From Cetorhinus maximus (Eukaryota), in NCBI RefSeq assembly GCF_964194155.1, contig NC_135882.1:25482001-25546000 (forward strand): a stretch of DNA of 64,000 nucleotides, written 5' to 3'. The notes below the pieces were generated by a model, which was given only the letters and a program-made list of their open reading frames with translations, made no database searches and was not told where the DNA came from. Below, piece by piece: positions 50,716-63,694 of the stretch. Numbering within the stretch: position 1 is the first letter of the stretch; every line of letters begins with the position of its first letter. A program made the translations under genes and the position numbers.

Positions 50716-51440
50716 CAACGAAGCGAGGAAAACCCCTTAGTAAATGAAGTTTAGAATGAGAACATTTTGTTTTCTATTCGCTTGGGAGAAAGAAATTTGT
50801 GCATTGAAGGGTTGGCAAAGTAAGCAACATGTATTTTCAAAGAGCAGTTATTAGTGCTGAAGAAGTCAAAGTTGGAGCAACATCACAGAGTAAGACATCC
50901 TAATTTTGATGTGAAATGCACACTGAAGGGATTGGCCCATTCAGGGAATGTTGCATCCTTCAGCTGAAATCTCTTCAAGCTCAGCAACAAGTGCCACATG
51001 AAGGATTCAAAAAGAGTCCCAGAGGCTTCTTACATAATATGTCGCAACCTTACGAAGCACGTGAGACCACTTGCTATCAGGTGGTGAGGAGCTGTTTCTT
51101 TGCAAGTTGTGGTGAGTACTTTGGCAGTTATTTTAAGAAAGACTGGATAATGAAGGATATTCAGGTGGTGCTGCTGCCAGATTAAACTTGCAGTTGAAGA
51201 ATTGAGCTCATGGGAAATAACATTCAGGAACAGTTTCTCAGCAAGTTGCAAATCAGACTTCAGTTTGGCAACCTATGAGTCCACATATATTGTTTTTTTT
51301 TTGTGTCCAGATTGTTGTGGAGTCATGTATTTTAGAGTTGCTTCATCTGAAAGAAGAAATGTTTTGTTACCTCTGCTACATGATGTGGCTGGAATACAAG
51401 ACATCCTTAATGTGATGTAGGAAGAATTTTTCCCCCCAAA
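50716..51440 (+). pseudogene. hAT (Charlie/Buster; ZBED5/GTF2IRD2-like) transposase fossil
   Basis: LKKSKLEQHHRVRHP (BED finger end), EASYIICRNLTKHVRP, VRSCFFASC, RIELMGNNIQEQ and FSLATYESTYI (compare FSLALDESTDI); stops and frameshifts. Confidence 0.78.
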
Positions 51441-51551
51441 GTAGCAAATATCCTAGTCCAATCTTTTTAGTCTTATAACAGATTAACTTTTTCCATTGTT
51501 TCAGAAAGGTTTCACTTTTTTTTAAAGCATAGAGCTGGCATTCCTCCTTCT

Positions 51552-51594
51552 TTGGATTAGCACCGTGTTGGATTAGCACCGTGTTGGATTAGCA
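51552..51594. repeat. 16-bp tandem repeat, about 2.7 copies
   Basis: TTGGATTAGCACCGTG repeated. Confidence 0.95.
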
Positions 51595-52862
51595 CTGAAA
51601 AGCATTTGCTCCAAACTGAAAGATAAAGAGCTTATTCTAGTCATGCAACTGGTGGCAAACGCTTAAAATCAGGCTTGCGAAATCACTCAGTGTCCTTTTA
51701 AACCTCACATTCAGCAAGCAGATCTTGGTATTTTAATCTCCTATTGCATAATCAAATCAGATGGTTTAGCAGAGGCAAAGTGATTCAGTGGCTAGTTGCA
51801 CTATTACCAGAAACCAAAGTGATTTTAAATCTGTGTAGTGTCTTCCATGCAAAGCTGGTAAAGTGGTATATCCATTTCCTCTGTAAACGCACATCCATCT
51901 GAATAAATGTAATCTGTCACTACAAAGAAGAAACAACTTGCTGTCTTCACAGATGAACTGGAATCATTTATCTGAATGTAAATGTACATTTAAATTATAA
52001 CGCCAGCACTGATGCAAAGTGGTTTTAATTTGTGTCAGCTTTCAGCTATAGTGTGAATATAGCTTGAATCTGGTGGTAAAGGCCAAATTGACATCACAGT
52101 GAAGAGAAGTGAGATTCCCTCTAGAACGTACCCTCACTCATCTTTACTTCAAAGGCAGTTCCTGCTTTGTTCCCCAACTTACATTCTAATGACTTAGACT
52201 GAAGCCTGCAAATGAAAATTGAGAGAGATTTATAAAAGGCAGCCAATACTGTCCATTTTACACTATCATTCAAAGTCAAAATGGCCCCCTTAGTGTCAGT
52301 GTAAAGCCAAAATTACTCACTAGCAATAAGCTTTGTGGTAAAGTGGAGTACCATGGACTTTTAAGAGAATGCAAATGGACTAACCGTGTGACAGTACTGA
52401 CCAATCACTGTACAGCGCGGGCTCTTGGTTAACTGTAAGCCCAGAGCTGGGGGTGGTTGTGGGAGCACACAAGGATTTAGTGCTCTGCCCTCAGTTGCTA
52501 TAAACAATCACAGTTTGTTCTTATGTCAGTCTCTCTTCGCTATTGATAGTGAGCATCAACTAACAAGCGTATATGAAGGCGTGCAATTTGAGTTTACTCG
52601 ACTAGTGAACTCATAAACCCAAGAAAAAATTTATAGCATGATGCAGTATAATGCAGTTATACTTCCACAGCTATAAGCGTGTAACACAACTCTGGGGTGA
52701 GGTCTTGATCCGACTGAGGGGGTGCTGTCATGTAACATGCTTTCAGGGGAGGCAGATCTAATTCCTTGGGCCTGTTATCATGTGAATAGAATTTAAGTAC
52801 AGTCTAAAGCAAGGTTTAGAAAGTGCTTAGATTGTCTGCTGGCCTGTCTGGGCACATAATGT

Positions 52863-53650
52863 GGCTGAACCTCCATGGAGTGCCAATCAGAGTTGAACTG
52901 CCACTCCGCTCCTAGTTACTTACCTGGAAATCCAGCTGATCCTTTCTCACCTGACCTTCTGACTCAGGCCAGGCTAGAACTGTATAGGGTGGTACACTCC
53001 TGAGGCCTTCAGTCGAGGGCTGCAAGGTCGGAGATCAGTGAGGGGGTGGGAGTCGGATGCTCAATGGGGCATGTGGGGGTTGGGTGTTCAGCAAGGGATT
53101 TGAAGATCAGGTGGTCAGTGGGTGGTGGTCGGGTGGTCACTGGGGATCGGGTGGCTGGGAAGGGTCAATGGGGGGTGGTGTTGGAGGTTGGTCAGTGGTG
53201 GTTGTGGGCTAGGTGGTCAGTGGTGGGGGTTAGATCTGGTGGGGGGGTTGGTCAAGCGGTGTCAGTCGGTGGGGGATTAGTCGGGAGGAGTTAGTCAGAG
53301 GTGCCAGGTGGTCGGGGGGTGTCGGGTGGTTGGGGGTGGTCAGGGGGCTGCTGGTGTAGTCCTTTTGGGGGTGGGGGTCTGTACTATAGTTATCCAGGAG
53401 GTAGAAGTGGTTTTAATTATTCTAACTTCTTCTGGGTAACTATTACTGTAAGGCAGTCAGAACCATCCAAAGTTAACAACTTAAATCATACTTTTGGATG
53501 GCTCCAATTGCAGGATAATTGCCCAATGGAAGTTTGAACTTCCCAGGCAATCTTTGGGCAATCCTTACCTGGGGACCTCCTGGGGTGGTTTCCTAGCGCA
53601 TCTTTGAGGTACCCCAGTTACAATGCTCGGGAGCCCAGAAGTTATGGGCC
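52863..53650. mobile_element. Probable non-autonomous DNA element with a G-rich low-complexity core
   Basis: GGAGTG...CACTCCGCT hairpin near the left end is shared with 41652-41690; GGT/GGG-rich tract at 53040-53380. Confidence 0.4.
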
Positions 53651-54759
53651 AATAAGTTTACTGTAGAGTCTCTTCACTCTTTTGAGAAAGCAAATCCTCC
53701 CAAAATGTTAAAAATGCAGCGTTTTAGGCATACATTCCCAGAGCTTTCTCAGGTAACAAAACTGACCCTGGCGTTCCAATGGAAAAACTGGCCAAAAAGA
53801 TTTCTCCCCTTGATTACTGTTCTAAAACCTTTAATTTATTTTTGAAACCATTTCTATTGTCCGCTTCGATTCTGCAACTCTGTCCACCTATGGTTGAAAC
53901 ATTCTACTTAACCCACCTCCTTATTTTAACGATCTGATTCCGAGCTGTGGTCCCTGGTATCTGAAATGGTTGCTATAGTGAACCAGTTGCTGGGGTCAAC
54001 TTTGTCATTTCTTTTACAATCTTGAAAGCTTCAAGCAGGTCATGTTAAAGACACGCAAGTTCAGTTATCTTAATCTAATACCTTAATCTCTGAAATTCAG
54101 AAACATAGAAGTCAGGTCATTTTTCTGTTTGGGTTACTTGTATATGTGCAGGGTTCTCTTCTCATTTGAACATTCTAGGATAGGTTAAAATATACATATT
54201 TGAACTGGGTGTGAGGACTTATGAGATAGGAGCCTAGGCCCATTTTCATTTGGGTGAGCATCATGCCCTCCAAGACATCAATTTTTGACCACTTGCCTTG
54301 CTATCAATAGCCTTCATATAGGCCACAGCAGGGAAGGTTGGACTGAGTTAATGATTCCAGTTCCTGTGATGTTGGGAGACCACTCCTGTTTACACTGGAT
54401 CCTCAGGGTGGGTGTAATCATGTTTTGCTTTGACTTACCTGTCTGCCAAGGCTGCTTAAGAATCTCATACAGCAGGCCTGACGTCAACTCATTTCTCAAT
54501 GGGGTCCTTACAAAGGACATATTTAAGATATCTGATGCTTGTTTTAGTCATCAGGCCTAAGAAAGGGCCTTAGCAGTGGCAGCAACACCTCTCACTCCTG
54601 AATAAGTATGTTTTGTGCATGAAAAATGGGTGGAACAGATACTAATTTCTGCCTCACCGAATCAGGTCTATAACAAACTACCTCTTCGGGTAGCATCCTT
54701 GATTATTTGCCAAACCATGGCTTATTCTGTGACTTTACTATGGGGGAGAATGACAAGGC

Positions 54760-54856
54760 TGGCCTCAAATCACCCTCAGCTAGAATTGGGATTGAACCCT
54801 ATGCTGATGGTGTTATTCTGAATCACATGCTAGGCATCTAGCCAACTGAGTTAACC
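54760..54856 (-). mobile_element. Old tRNA-derived SINE head
   Basis: GGGATTGAACCC..ATTCTGAATCACA..GCCAACTGAG matches 5725-5800. Confidence 0.55.
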
Positions 54857-56149
54857 AGTGCCTCCAAACTACCACTAGCTAATTTGTAACAACAAGTCTC
54901 CTTAAGAAGAGTATACAGGGTACCCAGTGTGTGGTATATAACGGGAATTAAAACTGCTTTGAAGCTTATGAAAATTTGTTGATACTTTCTTTTAGTGCAT
55001 GTTTTCATGTCATGCACGTTGTTTTTGAATGGAGGCAAGGGGAATTGGATTATTGATGAGTTTTTGAGAGAAGCTCTCAAATAAGTTACTGCTCAGGCTT
55101 GTAGCTCTTGACAAGTAGTGAGTGATGTTACTTGGCCCAGCTGCCTAAGAAATAATACAAGAACAACAATCCAGAGATGTCTAGAGCAATATAGAAGCCA
55201 ATATGACTGACCTTTATAAGCCTTTTTTAAGGAAAGCTTTAACAACCCAACAGATTGCCTGGGCTTTGGCCATCAAATAACACGAACTTTAGTGATGTTG
55301 ATTAGCATGTATAAATCTCAAGAGAAACTAGCTCTAAGTCGCTCACTGAGAAGGCGTGTCATTGTTTCAATTTAATGACACAATGCTGCTTCACACTTGG
55401 GATTCCGTAATATGAGAGCTTGACCTTGGTAGGCAAGTGCCAAGATGAGGCCAGGTGTCCCCATGCCGAAGGAGGGAAGCAAAGAAATCCTGCAGAAGTG
55501 AGCCCCACACTCCTCCTAATGGTGAGAAGTAGAAGAGCAGCTGCAATAAGTTTGAAGTAGGTCGCCCCACCATTGTGCCTCAGGGCAGAATGTGCATTTG
55601 GTAGCAGGAACTAGGTGAGTAGCAATTGGAACATCAAGAGTTATAGAATGTGACAGCTCCCTGTTCACATCATCCTATGTGCAAGATTCCTACCCTGTTG
55701 TTGTTCCTGCCCCGGTGGTATTCTCCTTCAGACAGAATTTATGAGAACCTTGTAAGAGAGCCAAATGTTATTCAACACTGTGCATAATGAGACAGCCCAT
55801 AATTTTCCCATTTTTTTACCCAATAGATTAACCTTTAACAGCCATTTTAAATTATCAAAGTTATTGTCAATTAGGAATCTTCCTTTGTGAGATCGGAGGT
55901 TGTTTTCAAAGCTCTGCTCATTATAACAGGATTTCAATCAAGAGGATGAAGGAAAGCAAAGAAGACACATCACGGAGTTCAGAGCCATCAGACTTGGATG
56001 ATCACACCCGCCAATATGCCATCAACCATACTCATGGGGCACAGGCACAGTTGCCGAGCAATGAGGAAGGAGAGCTGGCTGTGTCTTTTAAATAGTAGCA
56101 GCAATACTTTTAAATTCTTGCTCAATGGTAGAAATGGGGAGACCAGCAA

Positions 56150-56940
56150 GGAGAACGTTCAAAAATTCCAGCCTCAGGAGGTGGTTAAATTTCCTGGACT
56201 GGCAGCAGGGAACATAGGGCTGGAGATGGGTAATATTGTGGAGTTGATCAAATTTGTTCTGAATGATTGATTGAACGTAGGGAGAAGTTGGGTTAAGAGT
56301 TAGACATCAATCCAAGACCCTGGTCTGAGCCTGTGTTGCCAGCTGGGGAAGATGATGGAGCCGAAGCCAGAGCTGTATAGGTTTTATGGGAACTGATCTT
56401 CAGCTGGATGACAGATAGGAAACTGGATGAAAAAGGTGGAGAAGAGAGCTGATAGCTACTAGCACATGTGAAAGCTGATCTTGCACATCCAGGTAACATC
56501 AGTCATTTGTAAAAGATGAAATGTTAGACAAGGATAATGTACATCATAGGTGACATTTTAGTGTTGGCCTTGGGAGGACAAACAACCTGAGTCAATGTAA
56601 CATCTACAGTGCAACAGGTAGGAACCAGGGGAGAGCAGTGTCATGGCAGAGGTCTCTGGTGGAAAATGACTAAGAGGTGCAAAGTTGTTAAGTGTTGCAC
56701 ACTGCAAAAAGATAGAGAAGGAAACCAGGAACAGTAAACTACAGTTGCAGTCACCTAAGATGCCACTCATAACTTTGACCTGTGGCGTTTTGCTATTAAG
56801 GGCACTATGAATACCTCCATTAGAGGGCTCTGGACAGACTTTTGACTTTCCCCTCCTGTTGCAAATTACAGGTTTTTTCAGTGGTGTTTTTGTCAGCTGT
56901 TGGTAAATTGGATGATACAATTCCCAATCATCCTCACTTG
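56150..56940 (-). mobile_element. Old L2-like LINE fragment
   Basis: Composition and decayed RT-region phrases resemble antisense L2 ORF2; no clean motif. Confidence 0.35.
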
Positions 56941-57180
56941 ACCAAATACAGAGCACTAGAGAGCATGGACCTATCAGTTTTCACATATAGTTGCTGTTTA
57001 AATATCAAAAGTAACAACTGAGTACTGCTTAAATAAGCAAAATGGTTTATGTGAAAATAAGACAAGGTAGCCTGACCTCATATAACTTACCCGCCACCCT
57101 AAAGTCACAATTAGTCTATATCGAACTGGGTCATTGAAACATATGAGCTTGCATAGATACCAGCATAATTATAGTTACAG

Positions 57181-57490
57181 GGAGGTGATGGAGTAGTGGT
57201 ATTGTCACTGGGCTAGTATTCCAGAGACTCAGGGGAATGCTCTGGGGTCCGGGGTTTGAATCCCACCATGGCAGATGGTGAAATTTGAATTGAATAAAAC
57301 ATCTGGAATCAAAAGTCTGATGACCAGGAAACCATTTCCGATTGTCGTAAAAACCCATCTAGTTCACTAATGGAAGGAAATCTGCTGGTCTGGTTGACTC
57401 TTAAATGCCCTCTGAACAAGAGCAATTAGGGAGGGGCAATCAATGCTGGCCTTGCCAGCGACGCCCACATCCCATGAACGAATAACAAAA
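57181..57490 (+). mobile_element. tRNA-derived SINE, same family as 8963
   Basis: TGGAGTAGTGG A-box, GGTTTGAATCC B-box, and a LINE-A-like tail GCAATTAGG..GGGCAAT.AATGCTGGCCTTGCCAGCGACGCCCACATCCCATGAACGAATAA. Confidence 0.85.
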
Positions 57491-57561
57491 AGTAGAAATG
57501 ATCACTTAATGAATAAATAATGGGTTAAATCTATGAAATAGTTAGTTTGTCAAGCCATATA

Positions 57562-58338
57562 CAGTTAAATCCCACCTTTCACTACTTCCTTGTTTGTATT
57601 TTCACTTACCGGCGTTTTGTACTTTGTACACCGCATCACCCATCGCTTGAGCATTGTTCGCTTATCGGCATTTGGCATGTCCAAATCTCTGCACGGATTC
57701 TTTGGCAGGTACACATAGCTTGAGCGTGGACTAGGTAAATTTACTATGAGAGAGTAGGAATGGACTGGGTATCAGGTGATTTGTCTTTTCTCAGAGAGTA
57801 GCGAGGCTCTGGAATACAATACAAGCTGATGTGATAGGTGCTGACTCTCCGAATACTATCAGAGGGAAGTGGACTAGTTCCTGGCAGGGCAGAAATCACA
57901 TAAAAAAGAATGCAAGTGTCTTTATAAATCTTTGCAGTCCTTGGTTCATGTGACCACCTTGGCTGATTTCAGTGACTTGGGGCGGGGGGATCGAAGAGGG
58001 ATTTTCCAGGAGATATTTTAACCCTTCTTGGCCTTGGGTATTTCTCTTCTTCATTGACCGCGATTTTTAAATGGGTTGCGAGTAAAACTGCCAGTTCTGG
58101 AAATCGGAAACACAAAGCAAAAATGTGGAGTACCTGTATATACAGCAGATCGAACAGCCTCAGTGAAGAGAAACACAGTATTTTGTAGAGTACTATAACT
58201 CCCCATAACAATGCTGCGCTCACGTTGCTGGAACCTATCCAGTTAAGTCCCACTCAAAGGCATGTTCCTCCTTCGCGATTTCGCCGATTGCGAGGTTTCG
58301 CGGGGACGTAACCCCCCGCGAACAGCGGGACTTCACTG
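57562..58338 (-). mobile_element. Tigger/pogo-like (Tc1-mariner) remnant with a nested CR1 fragment
   Basis: TA-flanked ends CAGTTAAATCCCAC and GCGGGACTTCACTG; minus-strand CRDLDMPNADKRTMLK resembles a Psq-type HTH; CR1-like RVARLWN segment at about 57720-58050 on +. Confidence 0.5.
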
Positions 58339-59304
58339 TAGTGGATTGTTTATGCTGGAAGCATGCTGCTAGATTTGTTTTAAAAACAATGCTTATTCTT
58401 CCATATGCAAATTTCCACAAAATGTATGGAACCATAATTACAAAATTGAATTGTGTGCACACTGTTCATTGCCTGTTTCCATGACTTAACGTGACTGTGT
58501 GAGAAATGGCTCCCCAAACTAGAATATGCGCAGACGTACAAGACACTGTTCCAAATCAAAACACAAGGCATCACTTGCACATGTTATCACAATGAAGATG
58601 ATGTATGAACCCCAATTTTCCAAGGCTGTCTGCCAGCAAGATAGGAGTTGGTTGGCAGCCCTTGCAGCCTTCAGGATTGCGTGATGGGCAATATGGAGCT
58701 AAAACATGGCCATACTGTGCTGCCAGCTTGCGTAAACATCATTTACATATTTTAAAGTAAGTCCTGTACTGCATCTTAAGCTGAGGCTCTGAGAACCACA
58801 GCCTTCTTATCCACTGGATGCTTGGATGGTCCTGGCAATTAAACCCCTCAGGTAGGCTATGCAAAGTGAGTTGGTTGACTGGCTGCCTGCATCGAGTAAT
58901 TAGGGGCGAGTTACTAATGAGTTTTGGTCCCTAATTATAAATGTTCATACGAATATAAGAAATTGTTGGGCATCACCCTCATGATGTCCAGAACATCAAG
59001 ACTTACACTTGCTAATAAAATGATTTCACGTGTTATCTCTGTTTTAAACTTTTTGTCCTTTCTTTAATAGTGATTCCATAGTCCTATTCTGGCAAAAAAG
59101 CACACACTTTGCAATTAGGTTAGAATTGTATAGCTCCACCTGTGAAGGCATCCCCAACTGTTTTACTTTGTGGTATTCCACATAACCATATGGATGATAC
59201 CAAAAGGCAGCCTACACCCCCACAAAAATGCTCTCATTCATGAGCCATAAGGGATTCCATCCCATCAACACATAGGTCATCAGTGATAATTTACAAAACT
59301 GAAG

Positions 59305-59550
59305 GTGGATCTATAATACACTATTTGAAGAAGAGCAGGGGAGTTCTACCAGTTCCCTGGGCAGCAGTTATCCCTTAGCCAATGCCTAAAAATAGATGAT
59401 CTGGTCATTTATTTCATTACTGTTTATGGGACCTCGTTGCATGCAAATTGGCAACCATATTCCAAACATTACAGCAGTGACTACAGTTGAAAAGTATTTC
59501 ATTGGCTCTAAAGCACTTCAGGGTGTCCTGATGTTGCAAAAGGTGTTACA
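59305..59550 (+). mobile_element. Deu-domain SINE 3' part
   Basis: CACTATTTGAAGAAGAGCAGGGGAGTTCT, GATGATCTGGTCATT, ACATTACAGCAGTGACTACA. Confidence 0.8.
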
Positions 59551-59571
59551 AGTTATTTTTCCTTCTTTAGT

Positions 59572-61352
59572 ACATAGGAACAGGAGAAGGCCATTCAGCC
59601 CATCGAGCCTACTCCGCCATTCAATATGATCATGGCTGATTGAACACTTCAATACCTTTTACCCACACTATCTCCATAACCCTTTACATTATTGTTAATC
59701 AGAAATCTATCAATCTCTACCTTAAACATAATTAATTGCTGAGCTTCCATGGCCCACTGGGGTAGAGAATTCCAAAGATTCACAACCCTCTGAGTAAAGA
59801 AATTTCTTCTCATCTCAGTCCTAAGTTGTTTCCAGTTGTTTTGAAATTGTGCCACTGGTTCTAGACTCCCCAACCAGGGAAACATCTTTCCTGCACCTAT
59901 CCTATCTATTCCTTTAAGTATTTTGTAGATTTCAATGAGATCACCTCTCATTCTTCGAAACTCTAGAGCATACAGGCTCAGTTTCCCCAATCTCTCTTCA
60001 TAAGACAGTCTCGCCATCCGCAGAACAAGTCTGATGAATCTTTGTTGCACTCCCTCTATGGCAATAATATCCTTTCTGAGGTAAGGGGACCAAAACTTCA
60101 CACAGTATTCAAGGTGCGGCATAACCAAGCTTCTATACAATTGAAGCAAAACTTCACTACTCATGTACTCAAATCCTCTTGTGATAAAGGCTAACATTCC
60201 ATTAGCCTTCCTAATTGCCTACTGCACCTGCATGTTAGCTTTCAGTGACTTATGGGCAAGGGCATCCAGGTCTCTTTGTACATCTACACTTGCTAATCCC
60301 TTACCATTTAGGAAATATTCTGCACATCTGCTCCTTCTACCAAAGTGGATAACTTCACATTTTTCCACATTATATTCCATCTGCCATGTTCTTACTCATT
60401 CACTAAGTCTGTCCAAATCCTCCTGTAGCTGCTTTACATCTTCCTCACAACATATGTTACTGCCTAGCTTTGTATCATCTGCGAACTTGGAAATATTACA
60501 TTTGGTCCCCACATCCAAATCATTGATATATATTGTGAACAGTTGGGGCCCAAGTACTGATCCTTGCGGTACCCCACTAGTCACAGCCTGCTAATGCGGG
60601 AATGACCCATTTATTCCTATTCTCTGTTTTCTGCCTGTTAGTCAATCATTAATCCAGGCCAGTATATTGCCTCCTATCCTATGTACTTTTATTTTGCTAA
60701 CCTATCTCCTGTGGGGGACTTTATCAAAAGCCTTCTGAAAATCAAAGTATACTACATCCATTCACTCTCCTTTATCAATTTTGTTAGTAACATCCCCAAA
60801 AAACTCCAACAGGTTTGTCAAACATGATTTCCCTTTCGCGAATCCATGCTGACTATGCCCAGTCAGATCATGATTATACAAGTATTCATTTATCACATCC
60901 TTTATAATAGATTCTAGCATTTTCCCTGTCACTGGTGTAAAGCTAACAGGTCTGTTGTTCCCTATTTTCTCTCTCCCTCCGCCCTTAAGTAGTGGGGTGA
61001 CATTTGCTACCTTCCAATCTTCAGGAACCATTCCAGAATCTATAGAATTTTGGAAGATGATCACCAATGCATCCACTATCGCTGCAGCAACCTCTTTCAA
61101 CACTCTGGGATAGAGAATATCAGGTCCCGGGGATTTATCAACTTTCAGTCCCATTAATTTCTCCAATACAACCTTCTTACTTATACTAATTTCCTTCAAC
61201 TCCTCATTCTCCCTAGTCCCTTGGATCTCTAAATCTGGGAAATTTCCTGTACCTTCCTCAGTGGAAACAGACACAAAGTAATCATTTAGCTTCTCTGACA
61301 TTTCTCTATTCCCCATTATGAATTCTCCTGACTCTGCCTGTAATGGACCCAC
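59572..61352 (-). mobile_element. CR1 LINE (family B) ORF2 RT fragment with 3' end
   Basis: [83 protein letters not shown]. Confidence 0.95.
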
Positions 61353-61560
61353 TGTCAGGAAGATATAATGCCATTGGAATTTATTGTAGATTAATAGTGG
61401 GGTGTGTGTGAATTGAATAAAATACTGCTGGTCTGAAGCCTTTGATGTAACAGAAGGTAAGCTAAGTTTGAAATGTTAAGTAGGTAAACCGAGGTGTAAA
61501 CAGAACATTTGCATTTTTAAATGAACCAGACCAGATTGACTTCAAAAGAGGGGTGAAAGG
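61353..61560. mobile_element. Possible LTR start interrupting CR1
   Basis: CR1 homology stops abruptly at TGTCAGG; unrelated sequence follows until the LINE A tail. Confidence 0.35.
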
Positions 61561-61561
61561 T

Positions 61562-62660
61562 TTTTTTTAAATTCATTTATAGGATGTGGGCATTGCTGGC
61601 TAGGCCAGCATTTATTGCCCATCCCTAATTGCCCTTGAGAAGGTGGTGGTGAGCTGCCTTCTTGAACCACTGCAGTCCATGTGGTGAAGGTACACCCACA
61701 TGCTGTTAGGGAGGGAGTTCTAGGATCTTGACCCAGCAACAATGAAGGAGCGGTGACATATTTCCAAGTCAAGATGGTGTGTAACTTGGAGGGGAACTTC
61801 CAGGTGGTGCTGTTCCCATTTATCTGCTGTCCTTGTCCCTCTAGGTGATAGTGGTTGTGTGTTTGGAAAGGGCTGTCATAGGAGTCTTGGTGAATTCCTG
61901 CAGTGCATCTTGTAGATGGTACACACTGCTGCTACTGTGCATCAGTGGTGGAGAGAGTGAATGTTTGTGGATGTGGTGCCAATCAAGTGGACTGCTTTGT
62001 CCTGGGTGGTGTCAAGCTTCTTGAGTGTTGTGGGAGCTGCATTCATTCAGGCAAGTGGGGAGCATTCCATCACACTCTTGACTTGTGCCTTGTAGATGGT
62101 GGACAGGCTTTGGGGAGTCAGGAGGTCATTTACTCGTCACATTATTCTTAGTCTCAGGCCTGCTCTTGTAGCCACAGTGTTTATATGGCTACTCCAGTTC
62201 AGCTTCTGGTCAATGATAACCCCAGGATGTTGTTAGTGGGGGATTCAGTGATGGTAATGCCATTGAACATCAAGGGGCAATGGTTGGATTCTCTCTTGTT
62301 GGAGATGGTCATTGCCTGACGCTTATGCGGTGCCAATGTTACTTGCCACTTGTCAGCCCAAGCCTGGATATTGTCCAGGTCTTGCTACATTTGCACATGG
62401 ACTGATTCAGTGTCTGAGGAGTTGCGAATGGTGCTGAACATTGTGCAATCATCAACGAACATCCGCACTTCTGACCTTACGATAGAAGGAAAGTCACTGA
62501 TGAAGCTGCTGAAGATTGTTGGGCCGAGGACAGTACCCTGGGGAACTCTTGTGGTGATGTCCTGGAGCTGAGATTACTGACCTCCAACAACCACAACCAT
62601 CTTCCTTTGTGCTAGGTATGACTCCAACCAGTGTAGAGTTTTCCCCCTGATTCCCACTGA
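61562..62660 (-). mobile_element. LINE family A 3' fragment
   Basis: Colinear with 21123-22165. Confidence 0.92.
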
Positions 62661-62663
62661 CGC

Positions 62664-63585
62664 CATAAGACATAGGAGCAGAAATTAGGCTATTCGGCCC
62701 ATCGAGTCTGCTCTGCCATTCAATCATGGCTGATAAGTTTCTCAACCCCATTCTCCCGCCTCTTCCCTGTAACCTTTGATCCCCTTACCAATCAAGAACC
62801 TATCTATCTCGGTCTTGAATACACTCAATGACCTGGCCTCCACAACCTTCTGTGGCAATGAATTCCATAGATTCACCACTTTCTGGCTAAAGAAGTTTCT
62901 CCTCATCTCTGTTCTAAAAGGTCTACCCTTTACTCTGAGGCTGTGCCCTCGGGTCCTAGCCTCTCCTACAAATGGAAACATCTTCCCCATGTCCACTCTA
63001 TCCAGGCCTTTCAGTATTCTGTAAGTTTCAATCAGATCCCCCCCCTCATCCTTCTAAACTCCATCGAGTATAGACTCGGAGTCCTCAAACGTTCCTCACA
63101 TGTTAAGCCTTTCATTCCTGGGATCATTCTCGTGAACCTCCTCTGGACCCTCTCCAGGGCCAGCACATCCTTCCTGAAATACAGGGCCCAAACTTGCTCA
63201 AAATATTCTAAGTGTGGTCTGACCAGAGCCTTATAAAGCCTCAGCAGCACATCCTTGCTTTTATATTCTAGTCCTCTCGAAATAAATACCAACATTGCAT
63301 TTGCCTTCCTTACTACCGACTCAACCTGCAAGTTAACTTTAAGAGGATCCTGGACTCGGACTCCCAAGTCCCTTTGCACTCCAGATTTCTGAATTCTCTT
63401 CCTATTTAGAAAATAGTCTATGCCTCCATTCTTCCTACCAAAGTGCATGACCTCACACTTCCCCACGTTGTATTCCATCTGCCACTTCTTTGCCCATTCT
63501 CCTAACCTGTCCAAATCCTTCTGCAGCCTCCCCACCTTCTCAATACTACCTGTCCCTCCACCTATCTTTGTATCATCTGCAAACT
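62664..63585 (-). mobile_element. CR1 LINE 3' fragment, relatively well preserved
   Basis: FADDTKIGG, LQKDLDRLGEWAKKWQMEYNVGKC, LVRPHLEY, FFSQKVVNLWNSLP; tail CATAAGACATAGGAGCAG. Confidence 0.95.
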
Positions 63586-63694
63586 GCGCCCCCAAGCCGC
63601 CTCAATCGCAAGGCAGGCCTTGCCCCCCCCGCAAGTCAACTCCCCACCCCCCCAAAAGTTGGCTCGGTAGCACCACTACTGACTGAGCTTGCTG

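Noticed and set aside
50916-51185. Host ZBED5/GTF2IRD2/EPM2AIP1 gene
   Set aside because: Multiple stops and frameshifts, and only a partial domain
51552-51594. CRISPR-like repeat
   Set aside because: Head-to-tail 16-bp units with no unique spacers
55390-55570. A further Myb-like Harbinger remnant
   Set aside because: Only vague similarity; not enough to call
60163-60594. 143-aa plus-strand ORF
   Set aside because: Antisense shadow of the CR1 reverse transcriptase
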